DNA of 64,000 nt from Candidatus Altimarinota bacterium (GTDB taxonomy: Bacteria; Patescibacteriota; Gracilibacteria; CAIRYL01; GCA-016699755). The stretch spans positions 704,001 to 768,000 of the forward strand of contig OY760935.1 in NCBI GenBank assembly GCA_963664295.1. The letters run 5' to 3'. Shown piece by piece: positions 39,048 through 49,438 of this stretch (position 1 is the stretch's first letter; every line of letters begins with the position of its first letter). The notes below the pieces were generated by a model. The model saw nothing but the letters and a program-made list of their open reading frames with translations. It was not told where the DNA came from and searched no databases. The translations under genes were made by a program, and so were the position numbers.

Positions 39048-39797
39048 ATGACTGAAGCGCTAATTGCCTCTATTATTGTTAGTTTAATTTCTTTCGTAGG
39101 CGCATTTTCACTTGTTCTTACAGGAAAAATAATTAAAAAAATAACTCATTTTCTAATAGCTCTTTCAGCAGGAACATTGCTTGGTGGTGCTTTTTTACAC
39201 CTACTTCCTGAAGCTCTGGAAAAAAATCATAATTATCACGAAGTTTTTTTATATTTTTTAATTGGCTTTAGCTCTTTTTTTGTTCTAGAGCGCATTTTGC
39301 ACTGGCGCCATTGTCACCACTCTGGGGATAAAGAGTGCAAAGTACATCCTGTTGGCATAATGAACCTTTTTGGTGATGGTATTCATAATTTTATTGACGG
39401 ACTTTTAATTGCCGGTGCTTTTGCAATCAATCCTCATCTAGGAATATCAACAACAATAGCAATTATTATGCATGAAATCCCTCAAGAAATAGGCGATTTT
39501 GGCGTACTTATTCACGCAGGTTATACAGCAAAAAAAGCCCTGTTTTTTAATTTTCTTTCTGCAATTACAGCAATTTTTGGTGTGTTTTGCGGATTTTTAT
39601 TCATAGACAATGTCAGTGGATTTAATAATTTTTTAATTCCCTTTGCTGCTGGCGGATTTTTACATATTTCTGCTAGCGACCTAGTTCCAGAATTACATAA
39701 CGAAAAACAGCTTAACAAAGCCATAATTTCCTTTTTAATTTTCATCGGCGGGCTTGTGTTAATGTGGGCACTAGCAAATGTAGGTCATGCGCACTAA
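39048..39797 (+). CDS. ZIP family zinc/metal transporter
   Basis: HLLPEA, HWRHCHH loop, GDGIHNFIDG and HEIPQEIGDF. Confidence 0.93.
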   Translation: MTEALIASIIVSLISFVGAFSLVLTGKIIKKITHFLIALSAGTLLGGAFLHLLPEALEKNHNYHEVFLYFLIGFSSFFVLERILHWRHCHHSGDKECKVHPVGIMNLFGDGIHNFIDGLLIAGAFAINPHLGISTTIAIIMHEIPQEIGDFGVLIHAGYTAKKALFFNFLSAITAIFGVFCGFLFIDNVSGFNNFLIPFAAGGFLHISASDLVPELHNEKQLNKAIISFLIFIGGLVLMWALANVGHAH

Positions 39798-39892
39798 ATT
39801 TCACTCCAAAAAACAAGTACATAAGTTGACTTTTTGGGCAAAAAAGTGTATTATTTATAGATAAAAAATAAAAATTTTGCCCCTAAAACAAA

Positions 39893-42853
39893 ATGAAATC
39901 TCCAAATTTTACAAAATCACTCCTCAAAGGAGTTTTTACAAGCTCACTATTTTTAGTTCTTAGCTTGTGTTTTTTGCCAAAAGCAAGCGCTTTAACGCAA
40001 ATATCAAATTGTACAGAACTACAAGGTATGAACAGTGATATCACTGAAGATTATGAGCTAACTCAAGACATAGACTGTAGCGCAACAAGCACCTGGAACT
40101 CAAACGGAACAGGTGGATACTATGGTTTTGATCCAATTGGTGATGATTCAAATAAATTCACTGGCTCTTTTGATGGCAAAGGATATGAAATCCAAAATCT
40201 TTACATCAATAGACCAAGCACTGATTTTATTGGTCTTTTTGCTTACAATGACACCAACATTGGCTCAATAACAAATGTAGGATTAACAAATGTAGATATC
40301 ACAGGAGGAACATATACCGGCGCAATAGCCGGCATCGCCTTCCTAGGAGACGCGAGTGATTGCTATGCAACAGGAACAGTCACAGGAAAAGAATATACTG
40401 GTGGTCTTTTTGGTTATTACAACAGTGATATTTCCGATTCTTATTTTTCCGGAACTGTCACGGGCTTAGACACATACAACAGTGTTGGAGGACTAATTGG
40501 AGAAACATTTAAATCAAATATCACCAACTGTCACAGTGAAGGCACAGTTAACGGCCAAGGAACAGGAAACAATGTCGGTGGCTTAATAGGAAAAACCAAT
40601 GGCTATTACCATAGTTTTAAAGTGATAAACTCATACTCCACAGCTGATGTTAATTCATCAAAAACTTTCACAGGTGGTTTAGTGGGTCATGCTGATGATT
40701 ATTCTTCTTTTGAATATTGTTATGCATCTGGTGATGTCACATCAACAAATCCAAACTCAGCAGGATTAGTAGGTTATTTATATGACCATTCAAGAATACA
40801 ATATTCCTTTGCAACAGGAAGTGCAACAGGAACAAATTATGTAGGTGGTTTAGTAGGAGCTTCAACTCCCAGCTGTCCAATAGAAAATTCTTTTGCCAGA
40901 GGTGACGCAAGTGGAACTGGCTGGATTGGAGGTTTAATCGGAAGCAATGGTGGTTCAATAGTAAACTCTTATTCATCAGGAGATGTCACCGCAACAACAG
41001 GAAACCATGGAGGTTTATCAGGTGGCACTGGGCAAACAGTGACTTCATCTTATTGGGATACAGAAACTTCAGGAGAAACAAGTTCATACGGAGGAACAGG
41101 CAGAAACACAACACAAATGATGCAAGAAACAACTTTCTCCGGCTGGGATTTTGCCAGTACCTGGGCAATAGACGAAGGCAATAATTATCCATATCTTCAA
41201 TGGTCACCACCATTTGATCCAGCAACAGAAGTGACAGTAGTGGGCTCATCAGCAGACTACAGCAGTAGTGGCTCAACAGAAGTATTATTTAACAATAGTA
41301 GTGGTGTTTCTCAATTACCAGACGGAGCAAACTCTGTCACTCTAAATGAAACACAAGAAATAGATATGTCACAATCCTTGGCAACAAGTAGTGCATCAAC
41401 AACAGTAGGCGGTGGATCAACAACAGTAGGACAAGCACTAACAAGCCTAAAAGGCTCAAGCGTGACAGAAGTAGTAGAAGTAGAATTAAGAGCAGGAAGC
41501 GGACAAACAGGATCAGACATCACCTTAATCACAGACTCACTAGAGGTGACAATGCAAGATCAAACAACAATGTATATGGAAAATTGTACAGATGGAAAAA
41601 TCACTCCACCAATCGATATCACAAGTAGCATTAACAGAAGTGGCTGGATAGTACATAAAGCTCTTAATGTTGGTAATGATGGCTCATGTAGCAGTATAGT
41701 GCATGACAAAGTCGCAAAAGTAGTAGTTCCTGGCACAGACGGCGATACATATTACAGTCCAGACAATACAAACTGGGTAAAAATCACAGAATGTACAGAC
41801 GCAACAACAAGTAGCGCAGGGTCACTCGAGTTTCCAAATGCCTGTTTCATTAAAGACAGTGGCAACACAATAATCTGGACATACCACTACACAACATTCG
41901 GAAACATGACCAGCATAACAAGCTTTACTCCAGAAAATAGTAATCCAGGAGAAGCAACAGGTTGGGGTGAATTCATCTTCACACCATCAATCGAAGTACC
42001 AGCAAGTGGAAAAATAATGTTCATGGTACCAGAAGAATTCACAATGGCAGACGACGCAGATCTAACAGACGATCTCACAACATTCACAGTAGGAGGAAGC
42101 AATTTTACAACAAATGTAAGCAGTGCCACCCTCACAGACAATGTAATCGAAATAACAATCAGTAGCGCAATTAGCGCAGACGATCAAATAGTTCTTAGAT
42201 TTGACAATAGCGTATTTGGAACAAACCCAAGCCAAGCCGGAGAATACGCAATCTCAATTTCAACCCACTCAGACACAGATGAAACCCTAGAAAATGGCTA
42301 CGCAATGGCAGAAATAAATAACTATGTAAATATCCTAGCAACAGTACAAGAAGCACTAATCCTTACCTTAGACGACACATCAATCAGCTTAAATGTTGAT
42401 CCGAGTGTAAACGCAGGCGAAGATTACAGCCAAAAAACAGTACTGGAGTGCAAAACCAACGCAGAAGGAGGCTATAAAATTCAAGCAAAATTAGAAGACA
42501 GCAACACTGGCGCAACAGCAACCCTATACGAAAGCGCAACCGGTAGCACAATCGAAACCGGCGACTCAATAGGCACAGAAAACAGATTTGGCTACATAGG
42601 CTACAACTCAGATGAAACAAAAACAAAATCAGATTTAAAAACCGACGCAACAAATGGCGCAGGTGGCACAATAGGCTTCACTAATAGCAATGCAGATTTA
42701 ATAACCTATCAAGGAGTAGGAAATTACCTAGGACTAACCGGTGTCACAAATTCACAACTACACACAATCTATTACACACTAAATGTAGATTATATGACAG
42801 TAGCAGGAATTTACGGTGCAACAATCACCTACACCGCAGTACCAAGCTTCTAG
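39893..42853 (+). CDS. large secreted/surface protein with GLUG repeats
   Basis: Signal peptide; YELTQDID, PIG...FTGSFDGKGY and many VGGLIG/GGLVG repeats; Ser/Thr-rich C-terminal beta domains. Confidence 0.85.
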   Translation: MKSPNFTKSLLKGVFTSSLFLVLSLCFLPKASALTQISNCTELQGMNSDITEDYELTQDIDCSATSTWNSNGTGGYYGFDPIGDDSNKFTGSFDGKGYEIQNLYINRPSTDFIGLFAYNDTNIGSITNVGLTNVDITGGTYTGAIAGIAFLGDASDCYATGTVTGKEYTGGLFGYYNSDISDSYFSGTVTGLDTYNSVGGLIGETFKSNITNCHSEGTVNGQGTGNNVGGLIGKTNGYYHSFKVINSYSTADVNSSKTFTGGLVGHADDYSSFEYCYASGDVTSTNPNSAGLVGYLYDHSRIQYSFATGSATGTNYVGGLVGASTPSCPIENSFARGDASGTGWIGGLIGSNGGSIVNSYSSGDVTATTGNHGGLSGGTGQTVTSSYWDTETSGETSSYGGTGRNTTQMMQETTFSGWDFASTWAIDEGNNYPYLQWSPPFDPATEVTVVGSSADYSSSGSTEVLFNNSSGVSQLPDGANSVTLNETQEIDMSQSLATSSASTTVGGGSTTVGQALTSLKGSSVTEVVEVELRAGSGQTGSDITLITDSLEVTMQDQTTMYMENCTDGKITPPIDITSSINRSGWIVHKALNVGNDGSCSSIVHDKVAKVVVPGTDGDTYYSPDNTNWVKITECTDATTSSAGSLEFPNACFIKDSGNTIIWTYHYTTFGNMTSITSFTPENSNPGEATGWGEFIFTPSIEVPASGKIMFMVPEEFTMADDADLTDDLTTFTVGGSNFTTNVSSATLTDNVIEITISSAISADDQIVLRFDNSVFGTNPSQAGEYAISISTHSDTDETLENGYAMAEINNYVNILATVQEALILTLDDTSISLNVDPSVNAGEDYSQKTVLECKTNAEGGYKIQAKLEDSNTGATATLYESATGSTIETGDSIGTENRFGYIGYNSDETKTKSDLKTDATNGAGGTIGFTNSNADLITYQGVGNYLGLTGVTNSQLHTIYYTLNVDYMTVAGIYGATITYTAVPSF

Positions 42854-42875
42854 AAAACTAAAAAAAATTTAAACA

Positions 42876-42903
42876 AAAAAAGCAGTGAATTCACTGCTTT
42901 TTT
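42876..42903. terminator. bidirectional intrinsic terminator
   Basis: Perfect palindrome aaaaaagcagtgaattcactgctttttt. Confidence 0.75.
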
Positions 42904-42964
42904 AATAAAAACTTTCACAATAAATCTATATACAGCTATAATAAAACAAAATTTTTAACAACAA

Positions 42965-43894
42965 ATGCAAAAAAATTGGCAAAAAATATTTTTATTTTTA
43001 TTTTCAGGAATAGGGGCATTCTCACTATTATTTATTACATTAGCAATACTCTTCAAACATTATTTAGATTTTGATTGTTTGGGATTTTTTAATAGTAAAT
43101 TTTTCCAATATTACATTAATGATTATTATTTTGAAGAATTTATAGAACCAATATATGGAACTAAAATTAGTACAAAAATACTAAAAATTCCACCCATGCT
43201 AACCTTAATTTCATTAAGCATAGCATGGCTACTAACAACAATCTCTATTAAAAACAACAAAAATAATGGTCTAGCTTTTATTATAATTTCTTCATTAGCA
43301 CATATTTTTATCAACCTGCTTACCCTCCACGAAGCAATAAGACACCCCGAAATTTTTCCTATAAAAACAATATTAAAACTAACATTAATTTATATATCTA
43401 TACATTGTGTAATTTTTCTTCTTGCATTTACACAAGGAGTAAAACAACCTCTCAGTTCCCCAAAACAAGCAAAATTAAAAACAAACAAAAGATCAATTAT
43501 TCAATATTGGTCTATATTTTTTATTATTACAACAGGCGCAGGCTTATTTTTTGAAATAAAAAATTTAATAATAAGCACATCTTTTGTGCCAATTGGAATA
43601 GTGTGGAAAATTATTTTTTTAATTCTTGCTGTCATCCTATTTGCTTCAGCAATAACGGTTTTTCATCTTAAAAACAAATCATCAATAATAACTTTTGCCA
43701 CAATATATTTTTCAAATTTAATATTAACCCTAATAGTATTAAATGCTTATTTAAAACCAACATTTACTAAAGCGGGAGGCTTTGAAATGACTCAAGAAAT
43801 GCATATAAAACCAACATTTATGTGTTTAATTGTTTTAACTGGCGTTATTCATTGTTTTTATCTTGATAATAAATTAACTAAAAAGAAAAAATAA
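42965..43894 (+). CDS. multi-pass membrane hypothetical protein
   Basis: 309 aa, about 8 hydrophobic segments, very AT-rich. Confidence 0.65.
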   Translation: MQKNWQKIFLFLFSGIGAFSLLFITLAILFKHYLDFDCLGFFNSKFFQYYINDYYFEEFIEPIYGTKISTKILKIPPMLTLISLSIAWLLTTISIKNNKNNGLAFIIISSLAHIFINLLTLHEAIRHPEIFPIKTILKLTLIYISIHCVIFLLAFTQGVKQPLSSPKQAKLKTNKRSIIQYWSIFFIITTGAGLFFEIKNLIISTSFVPIGIVWKIIFLILAVILFASAITVFHLKNKSSIITFATIYFSNLILTLIVLNAYLKPTFTKAGGFEMTQEMHIKPTFMCLIVLTGVIHCFYLDNKLTKKKK

Positions 43895-44047
43895 ACTTTT
43901 ATTTCGTTTCAAGTGCACCCGCGTGTTTTATTAGGTGAACGCAGGTTCAATTTTGTGAACACAACAAATAGCGAACGCTAGTGAGCGAGAGGGGTAAATT
44001 GGGCGGGCGTGTACCGCCCAAGAGGGGCGACGCTAGCCCCTTATAAT

Positions 44048-44482
44048 TGGTGGAGATGGCGGGAATTGAACCCGCGTCCAAAGAGTAAAAATAAAAAACT
44101 TCTACAATCATAGTTTGTTTTTTGCTACCTCAATTGACCTAAAAAACAAACAAAACGAACCAAAAGAGGGCTTTTTGAGATACAAATAATTATTCAAAAA
44201 ACTAAACCATAATTATCCGTTCCGAGTAATCAACGCCTATTTGAAAAGCCCCGGAAAACAAATCAATAGACGCAGGCCGAAAATTAGTCAGCCTGAAGCC
44301 TCACACGCAATTAAGCGTAAGCTGGTTGTAAGCGAAAGCTTGCTTCCATTTTCTCAGCAAAGCGTGCAAGAGGACCTTTTTTTGCATTTAAGCAAGTTTA
44401 ATGTCTGGGTCACGGCGTGACACTAAAAACGCCGGATTGCAATTTTAAACTTTCATCTCATTGTCGAAAGCCTTACATCCCC
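44048..44482 (-). ncRNA. ssrA: tmRNA
   Basis: 5' GGGGATGTAAGGCTTTCGAC and 3' GGACGCGGGTTCAATTCCCGCCATCTCCACCA (tRNA-Ala-like with G-U pair and T-arm). Internal tag ORF 44311-44385 reads AKKGPLARFAEKMEASFRLQPAYA*. Confidence 0.95.
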
Positions 44483-44550
44483 AAATTTTCAAAGAGCTAA
44501 TAAACTATACCAGAAATAAGAAAAAAATCAAGACCACAAAACTTCATCTG

Positions 44551-44579
44551 TTGACAAAAAATAAATTTTAAATTAAAAT
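44551..44579 (+). promoter_or_regulatory. sigma70-type promoter
   Basis: TTGACA-N17-TAAAAT upstream of 44601. Confidence 0.7.
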
Positions 44580-44600
44580 GCTCTTCCGTTTTTAATTAAC

Positions 44601-45116
44601 ATGCCCACATTAGGAACTATTAAAAAACATTTCGACAATGCTCTTGTACAGGCTGAAGGCATAAGAAAGCCTATATCAGCCTTAAAAGAAATCTCTCCTC
44701 TATACGAAGTAAGCTCAATTATGCAAAGAATTGTTGCAGTAAATAGAAGAAAAGAAGCTGATAAAAAATATATTGTGCTTGAAGAAATAATCTCACAATT
44801 ACAGTCGCGATTAAAAAAAATAATAAAATTATCAAAGCAAAATGAATTTCAAGAGATGTTGGCAAAAAAAATAAATGAATTAAAAAATTTACTAAAAGAA
44901 TTTACAAAAAATGCAGAACAGGATTTTTTAGATAAAGTTGATGGCAACTTTACTGCGCCAACAATTGGTAAAAATAAACCTAATATTGACCCAGAAGAAA
45001 CTGCGTCTAATGATCAAATTTGGGTTTCAATAACTCAGCGTGACCCCCTAGAAACACTGGTCTACAAAACACCAAAAGAGCCAGATCCTTTCTCAGGTTT
45101 TACTTGGGATGAATAA
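44601..45116 (+). CDS. hypothetical protein (helical)
   Basis: 171 aa ATG ORF with a consensus promoter. Confidence 0.6.
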   Translation: MPTLGTIKKHFDNALVQAEGIRKPISALKEISPLYEVSSIMQRIVAVNRRKEADKKYIVLEEIISQLQSRLKKIIKLSKQNEFQEMLAKKINELKNLLKEFTKNAEQDFLDKVDGNFTAPTIGKNKPNIDPEETASNDQIWVSITQRDPLETLVYKTPKEPDPFSGFTWDE

Positions 45117-46760
45117 TTATCTTTCCAGAAGCCCCTTTCTTGATTGCTGATACTTATTGCTCTGTGGATAATAAATCAAAGCCTGATCTATGCTTTGCAT
45201 AGCTTTTTCTTTATCGCCTTCAATGTAGTAAATCCTTGACGCAAGATAATAGGTTTCTGCCCAATAAGGATGATCTTCTTTTAATGTATTGATAATTTTT
45301 TCAGCTGTCACCATATCACCATTTCTTATAGACTCAATTGTTAATGTTTGAGCAAATTTTCTATTTGAAGGATGTATTTGATGCGCTTGTAAATAATCTT
45401 CTTGATAATAAAATTTATCTGCCAACCACATCGCACTAGCGGAATAAATCAAAAAAACGGAAATAAAAACCACACAAATCGCATATCCAAATGGCATTAA
45501 GCTCTTTTTGCCATATTTTATGTTATTAAATCCAGTTAAGCCTAAAAATAAAAAGAATAAAAAGAATTCTGTGACAGAAAAAAACTCAAACATTCTTGCT
45601 AAAAATGTTGCTAAAATAGCTATAAACAAAGGACTGCGGGCACTACTAGAAACCAAAGCAAAAACTACAAAAAGAAAATAAGCAATTGCGCCAATCAAAC
45701 CAATTTGAATAAAAAAATCAATAAATTCATTGTGCGCCCTATCTAAAATACGAAAATCAACTAAATCAAAAAGTCGTTCATTGTCAATTCGTTCTAATAT
45801 AAGCTCCTGGTTTTCCAGCCCTGCTCCATATAAAAAATTAGTTTCCTGCGTTATTGTTGGCAAATTTTTCCAAATTAAAAGTCTTGTTTCTGTGGATTCT
45901 GAACGAGAATTAAAGCTGTCATAAAGAAAATAAGCCATGCCTGAACCAAGCAAGGCAGTCACAAAAAACACACTCAAAACTTGTTTCCAATTTACTGCTC
46001 GCAAAACAGCAAACAAAAATAAACCAAAAAACAAAGCGATAAGTCCAGCACGGGATTTTGTTGCCAAAATCCCCGCAAAAATTAAAACAATTAGTAGTCC
46101 ATAAATAATTTTTTGTTTATTTTTAGACTTAAAAAAATAATGTAATCCTACAAAAAACGGAAATAACAATAATCTCGCCAAATAATTTGGCTGACCCATG
46201 GTGCCAATACTGCGTTTATTGTAGGTATCAAGCTGTAAATCGGAAAATAAAAATGTTTTTTCTAAATATTCTTTTATTTTTTTATAACGCTCTGATTCAA
46301 TCTCAGGTAAAAAATCAAATTTAATATACTGAACAATGGAAACCATAGCCTCAAGCGCCCCAGCCACCATCAAGGGCACTAAAAAATATTTAAAAAATTC
46401 TTTTTTATTAGGTTGCAAAAGCACAGCATAAAGCACCAATAAAAAAACCGCTCCATAAAAAACCAAACCCTGATGATAAATAGCAGAACCCCAAAAACTC
46501 TCCAAAGGAGAAAGTGAATAAAAACTTGAAATAACTAAAAACGCACAAAATAAAAGAAAAAACACCAATGAAATCACCTGATATTTATTAAGTAAATATT
46601 TAGGTAATTTAATAAAAATAAACAAAAGCGAAATAACACCACAAAAAATTAAAATAAAAGTAAATTTGTTTATTTCAAAAATCTGATCAGTAAAACGCGA
46701 GTATATAAAGGGGAGAAAAAATATTAATAAGCTATAAAGTGTTAAAACTATTTTTCTCAT
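45117..46760 (-). CDS. O-antigen ligase/Wzy_C family membrane protein with C-terminal TPR (start probably 46760)
   Basis: GTMGQPNYLA, TKSRAG, RLLIW, GAG and DRAHNEF..GLIG motifs; TPR-like tail. Confidence 0.85.
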   Translation of the reverse strand: MRKIVLTLYSLLIFFLPFIYSRFTDQIFEINKFTFILIFCGVISLLFIFIKLPKYLLNKYQVISLVFFLLFCAFLVISSFYSLSPLESFWGSAIYHQGLVFYGAVFLLVLYAVLLQPNKKEFFKYFLVPLMVAGALEAMVSIVQYIKFDFLPEIESERYKKIKEYLEKTFLFSDLQLDTYNKRSIGTMGQPNYLARLLLFPFFVGLHYFFKSKNKQKIIYGLLIVLIFAGILATKSRAGLIALFFGLFLFAVLRAVNWKQVLSVFFVTALLGSGMAYFLYDSFNSRSESTETRLLIWKNLPTITQETNFLYGAGLENQELILERIDNERLFDLVDFRILDRAHNEFIDFFIQIGLIGAIAYFLFVVFALVSSSARSPLFIAILATFLARMFEFFSVTEFFLFFLFLGLTGFNNIKYGKKSLMPFGYAICVVFISVFLIYSASAMWLADKFYYQEDYLQAHQIHPSNRKFAQTLTIESIRNGDMVTAEKIINTLKEDHPYWAETYYLASRIYYIEGDKEKAMQSIDQALIYYPQSNKYQQSRKGLLER

Positions 46761-46808
46761 GTTCTTATTATGCAATAATTTCATTATAAAAAAAATTTAT
46801 TTTTTAAA

Positions 46809-47387
46809 ATGGATTTTAACAACAAACAAGAAGTTGAAAAAACTATAGCCCTAATCAACAAAAAACTGGATCAAGGAGAAAATGTGCTTGATGTTAAAAA
46901 ACAATTTATTAGTGCTGGCAATAACGAACAAGATTGGGATTTTTTAATCAACAAATACGGAAAAAAAAGCACAAAATCACTACTTAAAAAAATCTTTTTA
47001 GGCATACTTACGCTAATATCATTAAGTACAATATTCATTAGTGCTTACTATATTATGTCTGAAGTTTTTTACATAACCCCTGAGAGACATATTTTACTGC
47101 TTATATATTTCTTTATTGCCTTATTAATAACCGAGGGAATTGTTTGGCTTTTTGTTGAAAAAAATTCACATTCAGTGTCTTTAGTTAAAATACTTTTATT
47201 CATTACAATTGATGCAATTTTGATGCCAATTAATCCAATAGCAAGAGGTATTAATAGTTTTATATTTATCTTTTTTATGTTCAGAATTAGTTTCTCTGCT
47301 TATGTAATATTAGTTATGCTAACTTATTTTATGTATTATGTCGTTTTGTCATTAGGAATGTCGCTAGGCAAGTTCATTTACACTTAA
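46809..47387 (+). CDS. membrane hypothetical protein
   Basis: 192 aa with several TM segments. Confidence 0.6.
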   Translation: MDFNNKQEVEKTIALINKKLDQGENVLDVKKQFISAGNNEQDWDFLINKYGKKSTKSLLKKIFLGILTLISLSTIFISAYYIMSEVFYITPERHILLLIYFFIALLITEGIVWLFVEKNSHSVSLVKILLFITIDAILMPINPIARGINSFIFIFFMFRISFSAYVILVMLTYFMYYVVLSLGMSLGKFIYT

Positions 47388-47392
47388 AACTA

Positions 47393-48433
47393 ATGAAAGA
47401 GATAATTTTTGCTTCATTATTGGCTTTTACACTTAGCATTTCTGCATCTTTTTTAATGTTAAAATTTTTTCCAAAATGGGGACTAATGGACAAACCCTGG
47501 AAATATGGACACAAAAGAAAGCCAATCCCCTACCCAGCGGGTATTGCCATGCCTATTATTTTTTCTATAATTCTTTTATTTTTTCTGCCTTTTGATAAGC
47601 ATCTTTTTGCGCTTGTTTTTGGCACACTTTCTCTTGCGATTGTTGCTTTTGTTGACGACAGAAAAGGCTTAAATCCTATTTTTCGTCTTAGTTTTCAGGT
47701 TTTTATTGCTCTGGTGGTTATTGCTTGTGGCATAGGCATAGAAGTAATTTCCAATCCGCTTGGTGGTCACTTTGAACTCAATCAATACAGCCTAGATATA
47801 CCAATCAATAGCATTGATTATCAAATAACTCTACCGTCTGATTTATTCACAATCATCTGGATTATAATAATGATTAACACCCTTAACTGGCTTGATGGTG
47901 TTGTTGGTCTTTCTGCTGGCACTTCTGCTGCGGGAGGTTTAACTCTTGGTATTCTTTCGCTCACTCCGCTAGTTAATCAACCAGAAATTGCCTTAATTGC
48001 TTTTGTTTTTGCTTTTGTTGCCTTAGGCTTTTTGCCTTTTAATATTGCTCCACCAAAAATGCTTTTGGGCGACGCTGGTGCAATGCCCTTAGGCTTTATT
48101 CTCGCTATGTTGGCTATTTTTTCTGGCGGAAAAGTTGCCACTGCCTTCTTGGTTCTTGCACTTCCTGTTTTAGATGCATTTTGGGTGGCTTTATATAGAA
48201 TGATGCATGGAAAAATGCCCTGGAAAGGACAAGATAAAGCTCATCTCCATGATCGCCTGCTTATGTTAAATTGGAACAAAAGACAAATTTTCTTTTTATT
48301 TTTTCTAACTTCGGTTTTTTTGGGTTCAACCAGTCTCTTTTTGGGCACAACCGGAAAGGGCGTAGTAGTTTTCATCTTGCTACTTAGTTTTTTCATTTTT
48401 CGCTTTCAAATCGAAAGAAAATTACAAAAATAA
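47393..48433 (+). CDS. MraY/WecA/TagO family (glycosyltransferase 4) polyprenyl-phosphate sugar-1-P transferase
   Basis: VDD, NTLNWLDGVVGL, FN..P.K..LGDAG and D.AHLH. Confidence 0.9.
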   Translation: MKEIIFASLLAFTLSISASFLMLKFFPKWGLMDKPWKYGHKRKPIPYPAGIAMPIIFSIILLFFLPFDKHLFALVFGTLSLAIVAFVDDRKGLNPIFRLSFQVFIALVVIACGIGIEVISNPLGGHFELNQYSLDIPINSIDYQITLPSDLFTIIWIIIMINTLNWLDGVVGLSAGTSAAGGLTLGILSLTPLVNQPEIALIAFVFAFVALGFLPFNIAPPKMLLGDAGAMPLGFILAMLAIFSGGKVATAFLVLALPVLDAFWVALYRMMHGKMPWKGQDKAHLHDRLLMLNWNKRQIFFLFFLTSVFLGSTSLFLGTTGKGVVVFILLLSFFIFRFQIERKLQK

Positions 48434-48436
48434 AAA

Positions 48437-49342
48437 TTATTCCCCAAAAGCTTCTGCCATTTTTAATAATCGCGTAAAATTTTCATCAACATTTGTCTGA
48501 ATATCTGCAAGCAAATTCTTATTTTCTTTTTTAAATAAGTGCGCAAAACGCTTTTGACCTTTTAAAAATTCCTCAATTGGCTTTCTTTCTTGTGGTTTAA
48601 AATTAATTTTCCATTTTCCGTTTTTAACCTCAAAAAGAGGCCAAAAATTAGTATTTACCGCATTCATAAGCACATCATTGCCTTTTTCTGGTGGCAATTT
48701 CCAATTAGTTGGACAGGTGGTTAAAATATTCAAAAAAGCAGGTCCATCAACTTCAAAAGCTTTTTTTGCTTTCATTTTTAAGTCAGCAATATGCGAAGGC
48801 GAAGCTTGAGCCACATATGGAATATTATGAGCTACCATAATCTCAGTTAATAACTTCCTTTTTTGTGGCTTACCACTAGGTGAAGTAGAAGTTGAAGAAT
48901 ACAAAGGAGTAGAGCTGGAGCGCTGATTGCCAGTATTCATAAAACCCTCATTATCAAAGCAAACAAAAACAGCATTGGTTCCCCTTTCAACAGCACCAGA
49001 AAGCCATTGCAAACCAATATCATACATAGCTCCATCACCACCAATACATAAAAATTTTATATTTTTTTGACTTTCTTTTAATTCGCCAGTTTTTAAGCGT
49101 TTTTTATGCAAAGCTTCCAGTCCAGAAATAACACTGGGTGCATTTTCAAAAAGAGAATGTATCCAAGGCTGACGAAAAGCAGTGTAAGGATAAGCACCAA
49201 AGCAAATCTCTGAACAACCAGTAGAATTAGCAGTAATAACAGGCCCATTCACCATGCTCAAAATAGCACGCAAAGCAATAGGAGTACCACACCCAGGGCA
49301 CATTCTATGACCCGAAGCCAAAATTTCCTCAGCTACATTCAT
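48437..49342 (-). CDS. porB: pyruvate/2-oxoacid:ferredoxin oxidoreductase beta subunit
   Basis: GHRMCPGCG, TGC, GGDG..YDIG..DNEGFMNTGNQRS and CPTNW. Confidence 0.88.
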   Translation of the reverse strand: MNVAEEILASGHRMCPGCGTPIALRAILSMVNGPVITANSTGCSEICFGAYPYTAFRQPWIHSLFENAPSVISGLEALHKKRLKTGELKESQKNIKFLCIGGDGAMYDIGLQWLSGAVERGTNAVFVCFDNEGFMNTGNQRSSSTPLYSSTSTSPSGKPQKRKLLTEIMVAHNIPYVAQASPSHIADLKMKAKKAFEVDGPAFLNILTTCPTNWKLPPEKGNDVLMNAVNTNFWPLFEVKNGKWKINFKPQERKPIEEFLKGQKRFAHLFKKENKNLLADIQTNVDENFTRLLKMAEAFGE

Positions 49343-49438
49343 CTTTTCTATTTTTTATCTTTTATTAAAAAAAGTCAAAAAGCTTTTTCTTTATTTTTTT
49401 AAAATATTTTGGCAAAATAAGCAGGATTAAAATAACGC

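Noticed and set aside
39893-44048. Genomic island integrated at the tmRNA 3' end
   Set aside because: No integrase and no duplicated ssrA 3' fragment were found in the window.
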